Position numbers and translations under genes: made by a program. A stretch of 64,000 nucleotides of DNA from Candidatus Komeilibacteria bacterium (GTDB taxonomy: Bacteria; Patescibacteriota; Patescibacteriia; UBA1558; GWA2-36-10): positions 5,227-69,226 of the forward strand of contig JABHZY010000024.1 in NCBI GenBank assembly GCA_018656065.1, read 5' to 3'. A model generated the notes under the pieces. It saw only the letters and a list, made by a program, of their open reading frames with translations, was not told the origin of the DNA and searched no databases. Positions 29,867 to 37,072 of the stretch are shown in pieces. The stretch's first letter is position 1. Each line of letters starts with the position of its first letter.

Positions 29867-30226
29867 CTAATCTTTCTTTCTCCAAAATTTTAGTGATTTA
29901 AAATTTTTAATATTTTTTCTGAGTTTATCTAATCTTTTATCTTTATTTTTGACTAACAAACGAGCTAATTTTTCTTGAACTTTATCTACCGCAGCTCTAG
30001 CATCACTATCCTCTTCTTTGACAAAAATAGATTTTTTATCTGCTAAGCTTAATTTAGCTTCTACAGTGTAAACCTCTCCTTTGTTATGATGCTGATCTCT
30101 TTTTAACTTTACTTGAAAATCAAGAACATTTATTTGATATTTATCTAAATTATCAAATCTATCTTGTAGATATTGTCTAAAAGGTTCTGTGAGATTAAAA
30201 TTTTGATTATAAATTTGAATCTTCAT
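29867..30226 (-). CDS. hpf: ribosome hibernation promoting factor (HPF/RaiA family, short form)
   Basis: 119 aa. N-terminal MKIQIYNQNFNLTEPFRQYLQDRF pattern of sigma54-modulation/S30EA proteins. Confidence 0.8.
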   Translation of the reverse strand: MKIQIYNQNFNLTEPFRQYLQDRFDNLDKYQINVLDFQVKLKRDQHHNKGEVYTVEAKLSLADKKSIFVKEEDSDARAAVDKVQEKLARLLVKNKDKRLDKLRKNIKNFKSLKFWRKKD

Positions 30227-30233
30227 AGTTTTC

Positions 30234-30422
30234 TTATGCTTGTTCGGATTTTTTATCCATTATTTTTTTAATAATGAGAATAATAACTAATACTGCTGCT
30301 CCGCCTACTAACATTAAAAATGTCTTGTCTTGGTAAAAAGATGTTGCTTCAACGCCAGCTTCTTGAGCTTGAGCAGCTTTAGCCATAAAAATTAGACTAC
30401 TTAAGATTAATGCTTTTTTCAT
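30234..30422 (-). CDS. small secreted/membrane protein (62 aa)
   Basis: Signal peptide ending AQAQE plus one TM helix. Confidence 0.45.
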   Translation of the reverse strand: MKKALILSSLIFMAKAAQAQEAGVEATSFYQDKTFLMLVGGAAVLVIILIIKKIMDKKSEQA

Positions 30423-30479
30423 AGTTTTTGTTTAATTATTTTATATATTAAATATACCAAATTTAGCTTAATATCACAA

Positions 30480-32216
30480 TTATTCTAAGATTGCCTTGAT
30501 GCGTCTAATACCAGCTGATGAAGACTGTTCTTTTTTGATATGAAAATGACCTAAATGTTTAGTATTATCTACATGAGGACCGCCACAAATTTCTTTAGAA
30601 AAGCTTCCTACTTCATATATTTTTATCTTTTCACCATATTTATTATCAAAAAGACCAATAGCACCTTGATTTTTAGCTTCATCTACTGACATTTCTTTAA
30701 AATTTACTTCCAAACCAGCTTTAATTTGCTCATTAACCATATCTTCCACAGCTTGTTTTTGCTCAGGAGTTAATGCTTCAGGATGAACAAAATCAAACCT
30801 TAATCTTTTTTCATTGATATTACTACCACGTTGTTCGACGTGATCGCCTAATACATTTCGCAAAGCTTGATGTAGCAGATGAGTGGCAGTGTGATATTTG
30901 GTAGCCATTTCTCCGTCATCAGCTAATCCGCCTTTAAACATTCCAGCGCTAGCAGTTCTAGATAGTTCTTGGTGTTTTTTAAATTCAGCTTCGAATTCTT
31001 GCTTGTTTATTTTAATATTACTTTCTTGAGCTAATTCTTCAGTCATTTCTAGTGGAAATCCATAGGTAGAAAACAATACAAAAGCAGCTTTACCATCAAC
31101 AGTTTTTAGTTTAGTAAATTCTTTTAGTCCTTTTGCTAAAGTCTTAGTAAATTTCTCTTCTTCTTTGGTTAATTCAGAAATTATAAATTTTTTATTATCT
31201 ACTAACTCAGAATAACCTGATTTATATAAGTTAATTATTATTTCAGCTAATTCAACACAAAAATTGTTTTCTATATTTATTGATTTGCCAAATCTTATTG
31301 CTCTTCTGATTAATCTACGCAAAACATAACCTTGATCTTTATTGGATGGAGCTATACCACGTGGATCACCCATCATAAATACAGCCGATCTAATATGATC
31401 AGCTATGATTCTAAAAGACTTTTTATCATCTTCATATTTTTTACCAGAAAGTTTTTCTAGTTGTTTTATAATTGGCTGCCAGAGCTCAGTTAAATAATTA
31501 TCATCAAAGCCATTAAGCACCGCTAAGGTTCTTTCAAAGCCCATACCAGTATCAATATTTTTTTGTTTTAATGCTTCGTATTTACCATCAGCGGTTTTAT
31601 TGTATTGCATGATGACATTATTCCAAATTTCTACCCAACCATTATCATCTTCATGAAACACCTCAGGAGCATCTCCTTGACCTGTCCAATAGAATATCTC
31701 TGTATCAGGACCACAAGGACCAGTTTGTCCAGCTGGACCCCACCAATTTTCTTTTATCTTTTCTATTCTATCTTGAGCTACTCCGAGATCTAACCAAACC
31801 TTTTCTGATTGACTATCATAATTCGGCACATCTTCATTACCACCAAAAATAGATACAGCTAGATTTTTTTTGTCTAACTTTAATGTCCCAGTTAAAAATT
31901 CCCAAGAAAATTTAATAGTTTCTTCTTTAAAATAATCGCCTAATGACCAATTGCCAAGCATTTCAAAAAAAGTATGGTGGGTAGCATCGCCCACTTCGTC
32001 TATGTCTCCAGTTCGGACACATTTTTGGACATTGACTAATCTATTGCCTTCAGGATGTTTTTCTCCAACTAGATACGGCACCAAAGGATGCATACCAGCA
32101 GTAGTGAATAAAACTGTTGGATCATTTTCCGGAATTAAAGAAGCAGAGCTAATCAATGCATGATTTTGGCTCTGAAAATATTCAAAAAAACTCTTTTTTA
32201 ATTCTTGTGAAGTCAT
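30480..32216 (-). CDS. alaS: alanine--tRNA ligase, short form without the C-Ala domain
   Basis: Class II catalytic core. Editing-site HTATHLLHQAL and CGGPHV motifs. The ATG at 32216 (MTSQELKK) is preferred to the TTG at 32231. Confidence 0.93.
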   Translation of the reverse strand: MTSQELKKSFFEYFQSQNHALISSASLIPENDPTVLFTTAGMHPLVPYLVGEKHPEGNRLVNVQKCVRTGDIDEVGDATHHTFFEMLGNWSLGDYFKEETIKFSWEFLTGTLKLDKKNLAVSIFGGNEDVPNYDSQSEKVWLDLGVAQDRIEKIKENWWGPAGQTGPCGPDTEIFYWTGQGDAPEVFHEDDNGWVEIWNNVIMQYNKTADGKYEALKQKNIDTGMGFERTLAVLNGFDDNYLTELWQPIIKQLEKLSGKKYEDDKKSFRIIADHIRSAVFMMGDPRGIAPSNKDQGYVLRRLIRRAIRFGKSINIENNFCVELAEIIINLYKSGYSELVDNKKFIISELTKEEEKFTKTLAKGLKEFTKLKTVDGKAAFVLFSTYGFPLEMTEELAQESNIKINKQEFEAEFKKHQELSRTASAGMFKGGLADDGEMATKYHTATHLLHQALRNVLGDHVEQRGSNINEKRLRFDFVHPEALTPEQKQAVEDMVNEQIKAGLEVNFKEMSVDEAKNQGAIGLFDNKYGEKIKIYEVGSFSKEICGGPHVDNTKHLGHFHIKKEQSSSAGIRRIKAILE

Positions 32217-32309
32217 ATTATTATAATTCAAAAAATTTACTGTTTTTACAGTAAATCTGTATATATTTTAGTAAATTATAGCTTAAAAGTCAACTTATTT
32301 TAGTAAGTT

Positions 32310-32610
32310 AAAAACCCTGTCAGAGTACGAAGAAGCTGAAAGGGGGTTCAGCAGCTCGTTGATCACGAAGTGATCCTCTGACAGGGTGTGTCGTGGTGGA
32401 CCTTGATTAGGTTCCGCTCCGCTCTGATCGTGTGGCAGCGCTAGGCAATTTATTACCTAAATCAAGGTCCAACTATATTAATAGGGTCATCGGTGGAGGT
32501 CTGCTATAGCTGCTGGATCTAAAAGATCCATTGGCTTGGGTGCGTACACAGCCACAGCCACAGCCTCATGGAGGAGAGAAAGACACATCGATGACCCAAG
32601 AACATATAAC
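32310..32610 (-). ncRNA. orphan GC-rich structured RNA D1 (about 300 nt, three domains); strand tentative
   Basis: Three domains: an 11-bp stem 32315-25 / 32376-86 closing a three-way junction; a 15-bp stem 32398-412 / 32455-70; and a 12-bp stem 32484-95 / 32586-97. On the minus strand it is preceded by TTGACT-17-TATACT and ends in U5. One G.U in the third stem favours the plus strand instead. Confidence 0.45.
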
Positions 32611-32616
32611 CGAGCC

Positions 32617-32645
32617 AGTATATATTATATACTAAAGATAGTCAA
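32617..32645 (-). promoter_or_regulatory. candidate promoter of RNA D1
   Basis: TTGACT(32645-40), 17 nt, TATACT(32622-17) on the minus strand. Confidence 0.4.
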
Positions 32646-32661
32646 TATCTAGCAAATAAAC

Positions 32662-33120
32662 AAAAAAAAGTACCGGTCCCCCGCGTGAAATACGAGGGAC
32701 CGGCGAGAAAGGCTGCTACGAGCAAGCGTCGACGGGTTGAAGTATATTCTCTCCAGTTGGGACAGGATACCCCGGTCGGAGTTTGAGTCAACAGACAACA
32801 TGCTGGGGTCGCAAATCCCAGCGCTCCTTGAAACGGTCCTTGAAGGACCAGGTGCTTGCTTGCAATAGCAGCCACTTACAGTGGCCATCGCATTTTGATT
32901 GAATAGATCTGAGAGAGACGCCGGCGTTCCGTAGAACAGGTGTGATATGCTAGTCAAAGGCGCTAGCAGGCACACTGATGGTCTTGTCTCCCTATCCAGG
33001 GCAATCGTAAATTGATGGTCACTACCATCGTGTCGTATCTCCGTATTCTCGGACTTGTTTTTCCCTCCTAAGAAGTGTATTATGACACGCTGGCTTTAAA
33101 ATTGATGAACCCTTCTTGAC
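32662..33120 (-). ncRNA. orphan GC-rich structured RNA D2 (about 460 nt), family unknown
   Basis: Minus-strand promoter at 33127-56. Many local hairpins, including GAUGGU/ACCAUC, GCUAG/CUAGC, GCCAC/GUGGC, GGUCC/GGACC and GCUGGG/CCCAGC. An 11-bp terminator stem (32673-32703) has a U.G valid only on the minus strand and is followed by U8. The ORFs in this region run through the terminator. Confidence 0.55.
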
Positions 33121-33126
33121 TATTTA

Positions 33127-33156
33127 ATTTTAGACTAAACAAAGTAATATTGTCAA
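33127..33156 (-). promoter_or_regulatory. promoter of RNA D2
   Basis: TTGACA(33156-51), 18 nt, TAAAAT on the minus strand. Confidence 0.6.
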
Positions 33157-33207
33157 GAGTTTAGCTAATTTATCCACAAATATACTTAATTTATTGATTT
33201 TACAAGC

Positions 33208-33236
33208 TTTACAAAAATATATAAATATTATATTAT
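33208..33236 (+). promoter_or_regulatory. candidate promoter of the leader-peptide / 70-aa gene unit
   Basis: TTTACA, 17 nt, TATTAT. The ATG of the leader ORF lies 7 nt after the -10 (leaderless). Confidence 0.5.
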
Positions 33237-33243
33237 TTAGTTT

Positions 33244-33306
33244 ATGAAACAAATCAGCCAAACATATTATTTTCTTTGGCGTAACACTTATATTGATAAG
33301 TGGTGA
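33244..33306 (+). CDS. candidate 20-aa leader peptide MKQISQTYYFLWRNTYIDKW
   Basis: ATG at the predicted TSS. 6 of 20 residues are aromatic. The ORF covers segment 1 and segment 2 of the alternative structures. Confidence 0.4.
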   Translation: MKQISQTYYFLWRNTYIDKW

Positions 33307-33373
33307 TTTGTTATTTAGTTTTTAAATTTATATTAAATATCAGTTCGTCGCTTATCAATAAGCGATTTTTTTT
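33285..33373 (+). promoter_or_regulatory. candidate transcription attenuator (1:2, 2:3, 3:4 alternative hairpins)
   Basis: 1:2 hairpin CACTTAT/ATAAGTG (33285-302). 2:3 pairing ATTGATAAG (33292-300) with CTTATCAAT (33351-59), 9 perfect bp and extendable with wobbles. 3:4 terminator TCGCTTA-TCAA-TAAGCGA (33348-65) plus T8. Confidence 0.5.
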
Positions 33374-33413
33374 GTTTTTCGTCACTATCACTCTAGAGCC
33401 AAGGAGGGCCACA

Positions 33414-33626
33414 ATGCCCTGTACACTCAGCAAAGGTCAAGATGTTCGGAATATTGGAACTGGTGAAGCCCATATTATCACTGATATGCGCAAAACTCCT
33501 CCTCGTCAAATTGTTGGAGGTTGGGGGTCTGATGTCGTAGAATATACTCACATCCAGGTAGATGGGCAAACTAACAACGATGGGCATCCGGTTTGGCAAG
33601 CCTCTGGTGATTTCGAAGAAATCTAA
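33414..33626 (+). CDS. orphan GC-rich small protein (70 aa)
   Basis: Strong SD AAGGAGGG 5 nt before the ATG. Protein-like composition. Own terminator. The GTG at 33300 in the track is an unlikely start. Confidence 0.7.
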   Translation: MPCTLSKGQDVRNIGTGEAHIITDMRKTPPRQIVGGWGSDVVEYTHIQVDGQTNNDGHPVWQASGDFEEI

Positions 33627-33658
33627 GACTTGCTTTGGAGTAAGAGGAGCAAAAAGAA

Positions 33659-33690
33659 AGAGAGGTGCTAAGCGCCTCTCTTCTTCTATT
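33659..33690. terminator. terminator shared by the 70-aa gene and the convergent LRR gene
   Basis: AGAGAGGTGC-taa-GCGCCTCTCT hairpin with T-rich flanks on both strands. Confidence 0.6.
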
Positions 33691-33707
33691 TATAATTTTG
33701 TAATCCC

Positions 33708-34550
33708 CTATTTCTTTATAATATCTGTATTACTAAGACCAGCTTCTATGATATCTAGGTCATAAACAGAATAATTGTTACCTGAAATATTTAAAGTTTT
33801 TAAAGTTTTTAAATTAGCTAATTCATGAGGTAAGCCAGTAAATAAATTATTTGATAAATCTAATTCCTCCAGATTAGTAAGTTGACCTATTTCAGCTGGT
33901 AGATTAGTCATTTTATTATTACTAATATCTAAAATTCTTAATTTAGTGAGATTTCTAATTTCAGCTGGCAAAGTGTCACTTATATTATTATGAGATATAT
34001 TTAAAATTTCTAAATTAGACGCTTTTAAAACACGCTCCGGAAAAGAATTTAAGCTTGCATCTTCCATATTATGTTCTTTGATATTTTCATAATCTAAAAA
34101 AACAACTGCCCTAGTATTTTCTACCGTTTCTCTAAACTCTTCACTATCTGGATGATTATAAAATTTTGGAATGTAATGAAATCCTAGAGTAGCTATTATT
34201 ATAACTACAGCTCCTACAATAGCTAATATGCTTCGGCCATAGTCTACTTTAACTACATTTCTGCCAGATTGTTTAGCATTATTAACTTGTTTTGGCGTTT
34301 TCGGTTCGGTATATTTACCTTGTTTAATATAATTTTTATCTACTGCTTGACCCATCCATTGGATTATCCTGTTTTGCATAAAAATTAAAATTACAAATAT
34401 TGGCCACATGTTTGTAATTAAGCTAAAAGCTAATATAACGTAATAGTATAGTTTTAATTTATGACTTCTAGATTGCGGAGTGTCATTCTCTGAAATTATA
34501 AAATTGTTTTTATCCATATTTTTAGTATTAAAGTGACTATAGTATAACAA
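33708..34550 (-). CDS. membrane-anchored leucine-rich repeat (LRR) protein
   Basis: Two or three TM segments, then five or more LRRs (LxxLxLxxNxL), e.g. LEILNISHNNISDTLPAEIRNLTKLRILDISNNKMTNLPAEIGQLTNLEELDLSNN. Confidence 0.85.
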   Translation of the reverse strand: MLYYSHFNTKNMDKNNFIISENDTPQSRSHKLKLYYYVILAFSLITNMWPIFVILIFMQNRIIQWMGQAVDKNYIKQGKYTEPKTPKQVNNAKQSGRNVVKVDYGRSILAIVGAVVIIIATLGFHYIPKFYNHPDSEEFRETVENTRAVVFLDYENIKEHNMEDASLNSFPERVLKASNLEILNISHNNISDTLPAEIRNLTKLRILDISNNKMTNLPAEIGQLTNLEELDLSNNLFTGLPHELANLKTLKTLNISGNNYSVYDLDIIEAGLSNTDIIKK

Positions 34551-34599
34551 AAAAATAAATCTTATGAAACCTAAAAATTTATGCTATAATTATTATATT

Positions 34600-35103
34600 A
34601 TGTTAACTAAAGTTGCAAAAAATAAATTAGGTTTCACGCTAGTAGAATTATTAGTTGTAATTGCCATTATTGGTATTTTATCTACAGCAACTGTAGTTAA
34701 TTTACGAACAGCTAAAGCGAAAGCTCGAGACGCCAAAAGATTAGCTGAAGTTATGCAAATAACTAAAGCTGTGGAACTTTTTAATAGTGAAAAGGGCTAC
34801 TATCCTAATACAAATTGTCATAATTTACCCAGTGTAGTGCTTTGCACATCAAGATTAAGTAGTGGTAATTGGATACCTGAATTAGTAACAGAATTTGCAG
34901 CTAATCTACCAGATGATCCTCTAAATGCTAATGTTGATGGGGAGGAATATTTTTATTGGTTTACTAGAGACGCTGGTACTGGAAATCCTGCTGACTATTT
35001 TTATATATTATTTAATTTAGAAGTTACTGATAGAATAGACAATTGCAATAATCATCCATATGGCACAACATACTCATGTATGGGTGGCGGTGAATTACCA
35101 TAA
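34600..35103 (+). CDS. type IV pilin / pseudopilin-like protein
   Basis: Prepilin signal KNKLG|FTLVELLVVIAIIGILS (G-1, F+1, E+5). TGcTATAAT extended -10 at 34582-90, 9 nt upstream of the ATG at 34600. Confidence 0.85.
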   Translation: MLTKVAKNKLGFTLVELLVVIAIIGILSTATVVNLRTAKAKARDAKRLAEVMQITKAVELFNSEKGYYPNTNCHNLPSVVLCTSRLSSGNWIPELVTEFAANLPDDPLNANVDGEEYFYWFTRDAGTGNPADYFYILFNLEVTDRIDNCNNHPYGTTYSCMGGGELP

Positions 35104-35110
35104 ATAAAAA

Positions 35111-35132
35111 ACACCTTAAAATTTTTAAGGTG
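35111..35132. terminator. bidirectional terminator
   Basis: ACACCTTAAAA/TTTTAAGGTGT hairpin flanked by A6 and T6. Confidence 0.65.
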
Positions 35133-35145
35133 TTTTTTATTTTAC

Positions 35146-35541
35146 TTACAGACAATCTTTAGCTTTTAATAAGTCTATAGCAGATGGCGTAGCGCCATTT
35201 ACAATTTCGTTTGTTCTGGCTTCACCTAATTTTTCTATAAAACAAGCTGACATCTCAGGTGTTATCTCACTAGGTAGACTAACTACATCTACACCCATAT
35301 TATGCAGGGCTTCTTCCTGTTTATTTGGTATTAATGGATGATCAAAATTAGCCTCTTCAAAAGATACTCGCTCTTCTTCTGGCACTATTTTATAATCATC
35401 TATTTGAAGGATTAAGTAGCTATTTAATGTGCTGGCTATCAATTTATCTCTTAATTGAGCTGGATTAAAAATAATAATAACAATCAACCCTATGATAACT
35501 AATGAAATTATTAGACCTAAAAAATCTAATATTTTTTTCAT
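35146..35541 (-). CDS. N-terminally anchored hypothetical protein (131 aa)
   Basis: A single N-terminal TM helix. No recognised family. Confidence 0.5.
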   Translation of the reverse strand: MKKILDFLGLIISLVIIGLIVIIIFNPAQLRDKLIASTLNSYLILQIDDYKIVPEEERVSFEEANFDHPLIPNKQEEALHNMGVDVVSLPSEITPEMSACFIEKLGEARTNEIVNGATPSAIDLLKAKDCL

Positions 35542-35676
35542 AGCTTTATATTAATAATAATATTTTTATTATAATCTATTTTAAAAACAAAAGCTAAAAT
35601 AAAAACACAAACTTCAATGTGTTTAGGCTTAAAATAAGTGAACTAGAGCAAAAGCTTAGTGTTTAAGGACTTATAC

Positions 35677-35705
35677 TTGACAAATAGTCTTTTTTAGTGT
35701 AGAAT
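35677..35705 (+). promoter_or_regulatory. promoter of the DEAD-box helicase gene, followed by a structured 5' UTR of about 95 nt
   Basis: TTGACA, 17 nt, TAGAAT. The UTR contains CTCC/GGAG and ATGACC/GGTCAT hairpins. Confidence 0.6.
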
Positions 35706-35801
35706 ACTCTATTATTATGCTCCACTTTAAGGAGCGAGACTCGGAACCTCTTGTTTTATATAAATATGACCAGATGGAATATCGGGTCATAATTTTTATA
35801 T

Positions 35802-37070
35802 ATGACAAATACAAGAAAAAAACCATCGGGTTTTGCTGACTTAGGCATTTCTCCGACCATATTAAAGCAATTGCAAAAATTGAACTTTAATACCCCTACC
35901 CCTATCCAAGCTCAGGCTATACCAATAGCTATTACGGGCCAAGATTTAATGGGTATTGCTCAAACTGGTACTGGGAAAACCATTGCTTTTGGTATTCCTA
36001 TGATTCAAAGCCTCTATGCTAATAAAGGTACTGGTTTGGTATTATTACCTACTCGTGAATTAGCCGCTCAAGTAGACCAGTCTCTTAAGAATCTAGGCAG
36101 TGCCTTTGGTTTGCGCACTGCTATTTTAATTGGCGGCACTCCTCTTCCACCTCAAACTAGAGCTTTGAATGCTAGACCACATGTTATTATAGCTACTCCT
36201 GGTAGACTGATAGATCATCTACAAAGAAAAAGATCTATTCTTAATAATGTTAAAGTTTTTGTACTAGACGAAGCTGATCGAATGCTAGATATGGGATTTG
36301 AACCAGATATCAAAAGAATATTAAGCACTATCCCGGCTGGCAAGCGTCAAACTATGCTTTTTTCAGCTACTATGCCCCCTAAGATTACCAATTTAGCCAG
36401 AAACTACATGCGTTCACCTCTGCGTGTAGAGGTAGCTCCAGCTGGTACTACTGCCAAAGATATAACTCAAGAAGTATTTATCGTCCCTAGAGATAAAAAA
36501 CTTTCTTTGTTAGATCAATTATTGTCTGAATACAAAGAACGTGTACTTGTTTTTAGTCGTACCAAACATGGTGCTAAAAAAATTACTAGAGTAATAAATT
36601 CTTTAGGACATAAAGCCGCTGAGATTCATTCTAATAGATCTCTAACTCAGCGAACTAAAGCTTTAAAAGATTTTAAATCTGGATTTACTAGAGTTTTAGT
36701 AGCTACAGATATAGCTTCTCGTGGTATTGATGTAAAAGATATAGAATTGGTTATTAATTATGATTTACCTGACCAGGCTGATGATTATGTACATCGTATT
36801 GGGCGTACTGGTAGAGCTGGTAAAAAAGGTAAGGCTGTTTCATTTGTAGCCCCTGATCAAAAAAGAGATATTATAGCTATCGAAAGATTAGTGCGTATAA
36901 AATTGCCAATTAAACCATTACCTGCGATGAAAGCACGCATTATAGTGCCTAAAGAAGCTCCTAAAAGAAATTTTGCTAATCAAGGTGGTGGACGACCTCC
37001 ACGTCAAAAAAATAGTAACAGAACTCGTCGTTCCCAAGCTTTTAGACGTCGTCGTAAAAAAAGTATTTAA
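35802..37070 (+). CDS. DEAD-box ATP-dependent RNA helicase with basic C-terminal tail
   Basis: AQTGTGKT, DEAD, SAT and HRIGRTGR motifs. Confidence 0.93.
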   Translation: MTNTRKKPSGFADLGISPTILKQLQKLNFNTPTPIQAQAIPIAITGQDLMGIAQTGTGKTIAFGIPMIQSLYANKGTGLVLLPTRELAAQVDQSLKNLGSAFGLRTAILIGGTPLPPQTRALNARPHVIIATPGRLIDHLQRKRSILNNVKVFVLDEADRMLDMGFEPDIKRILSTIPAGKRQTMLFSATMPPKITNLARNYMRSPLRVEVAPAGTTAKDITQEVFIVPRDKKLSLLDQLLSEYKERVLVFSRTKHGAKKITRVINSLGHKAAEIHSNRSLTQRTKALKDFKSGFTRVLVATDIASRGIDVKDIELVINYDLPDQADDYVHRIGRTGRAGKKGKAVSFVAPDQKRDIIAIERLVRIKLPIKPLPAMKARIIVPKEAPKRNFANQGGGRPPRQKNSNRTRRSQAFRRRRKKSI

Positions 37071-37072
37071 TT

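Noticed and set aside
32548-32568. The (CAGCCA)x3 micro-repeat and other short repeats as a possible CRISPR or tandem-repeat locus.
   Set aside because: It is only 18 nt with no spacers. It is explained as one arm of a helix pairing with three CUG triplets at 32496-32516.
32310-32610. T-box riboswitch upstream of alaS.
   Set aside because: The only T-box-like string (GGUCCACCACG) lacks the UGGN that pairs with the tRNA NCCA end, and it is part of a 15-bp helix. I saw no specifier-loop or K-turn layout. The terminator-like element is a three-way junction, not a simple hairpin. cmscan with RF00230 would settle it.
32642-32975. Two overlapping minus-strand ORFs (77 and 108 aa) inside RNA D2. 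The 108-aa frame is in fact open for about 140 codons.
   Set aside because: Both read through the 11-bp terminator hairpin and the U8 tract. The extended frame has no ATG start behind the AGGAGGG-like motif, and the translations are Ser/Arg/Leu-rich and not protein-like. Long open frames are expected by chance in a GC-rich patch. A decayed gene remains a formal alternative that BLASTX would test.
32662-33120. Identification of D2 (or D1, B, A) as RNase P RNA, tmRNA, SRP RNA or a cobalamin riboswitch.
   Set aside because: - RNase P: only a loose CR-I-like string with no P4 partner or ACAGAA motif.
- tmRNA: no tRNA-like T arm or acceptor end.
- SRP: the UCCGGAA in B is not in a GGAA-tetraloop hairpin.
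- Cobalamin: the GCCACUG in D2 is just one arm of a local hairpin, far from any B12-core context.

These were by-eye checks only.
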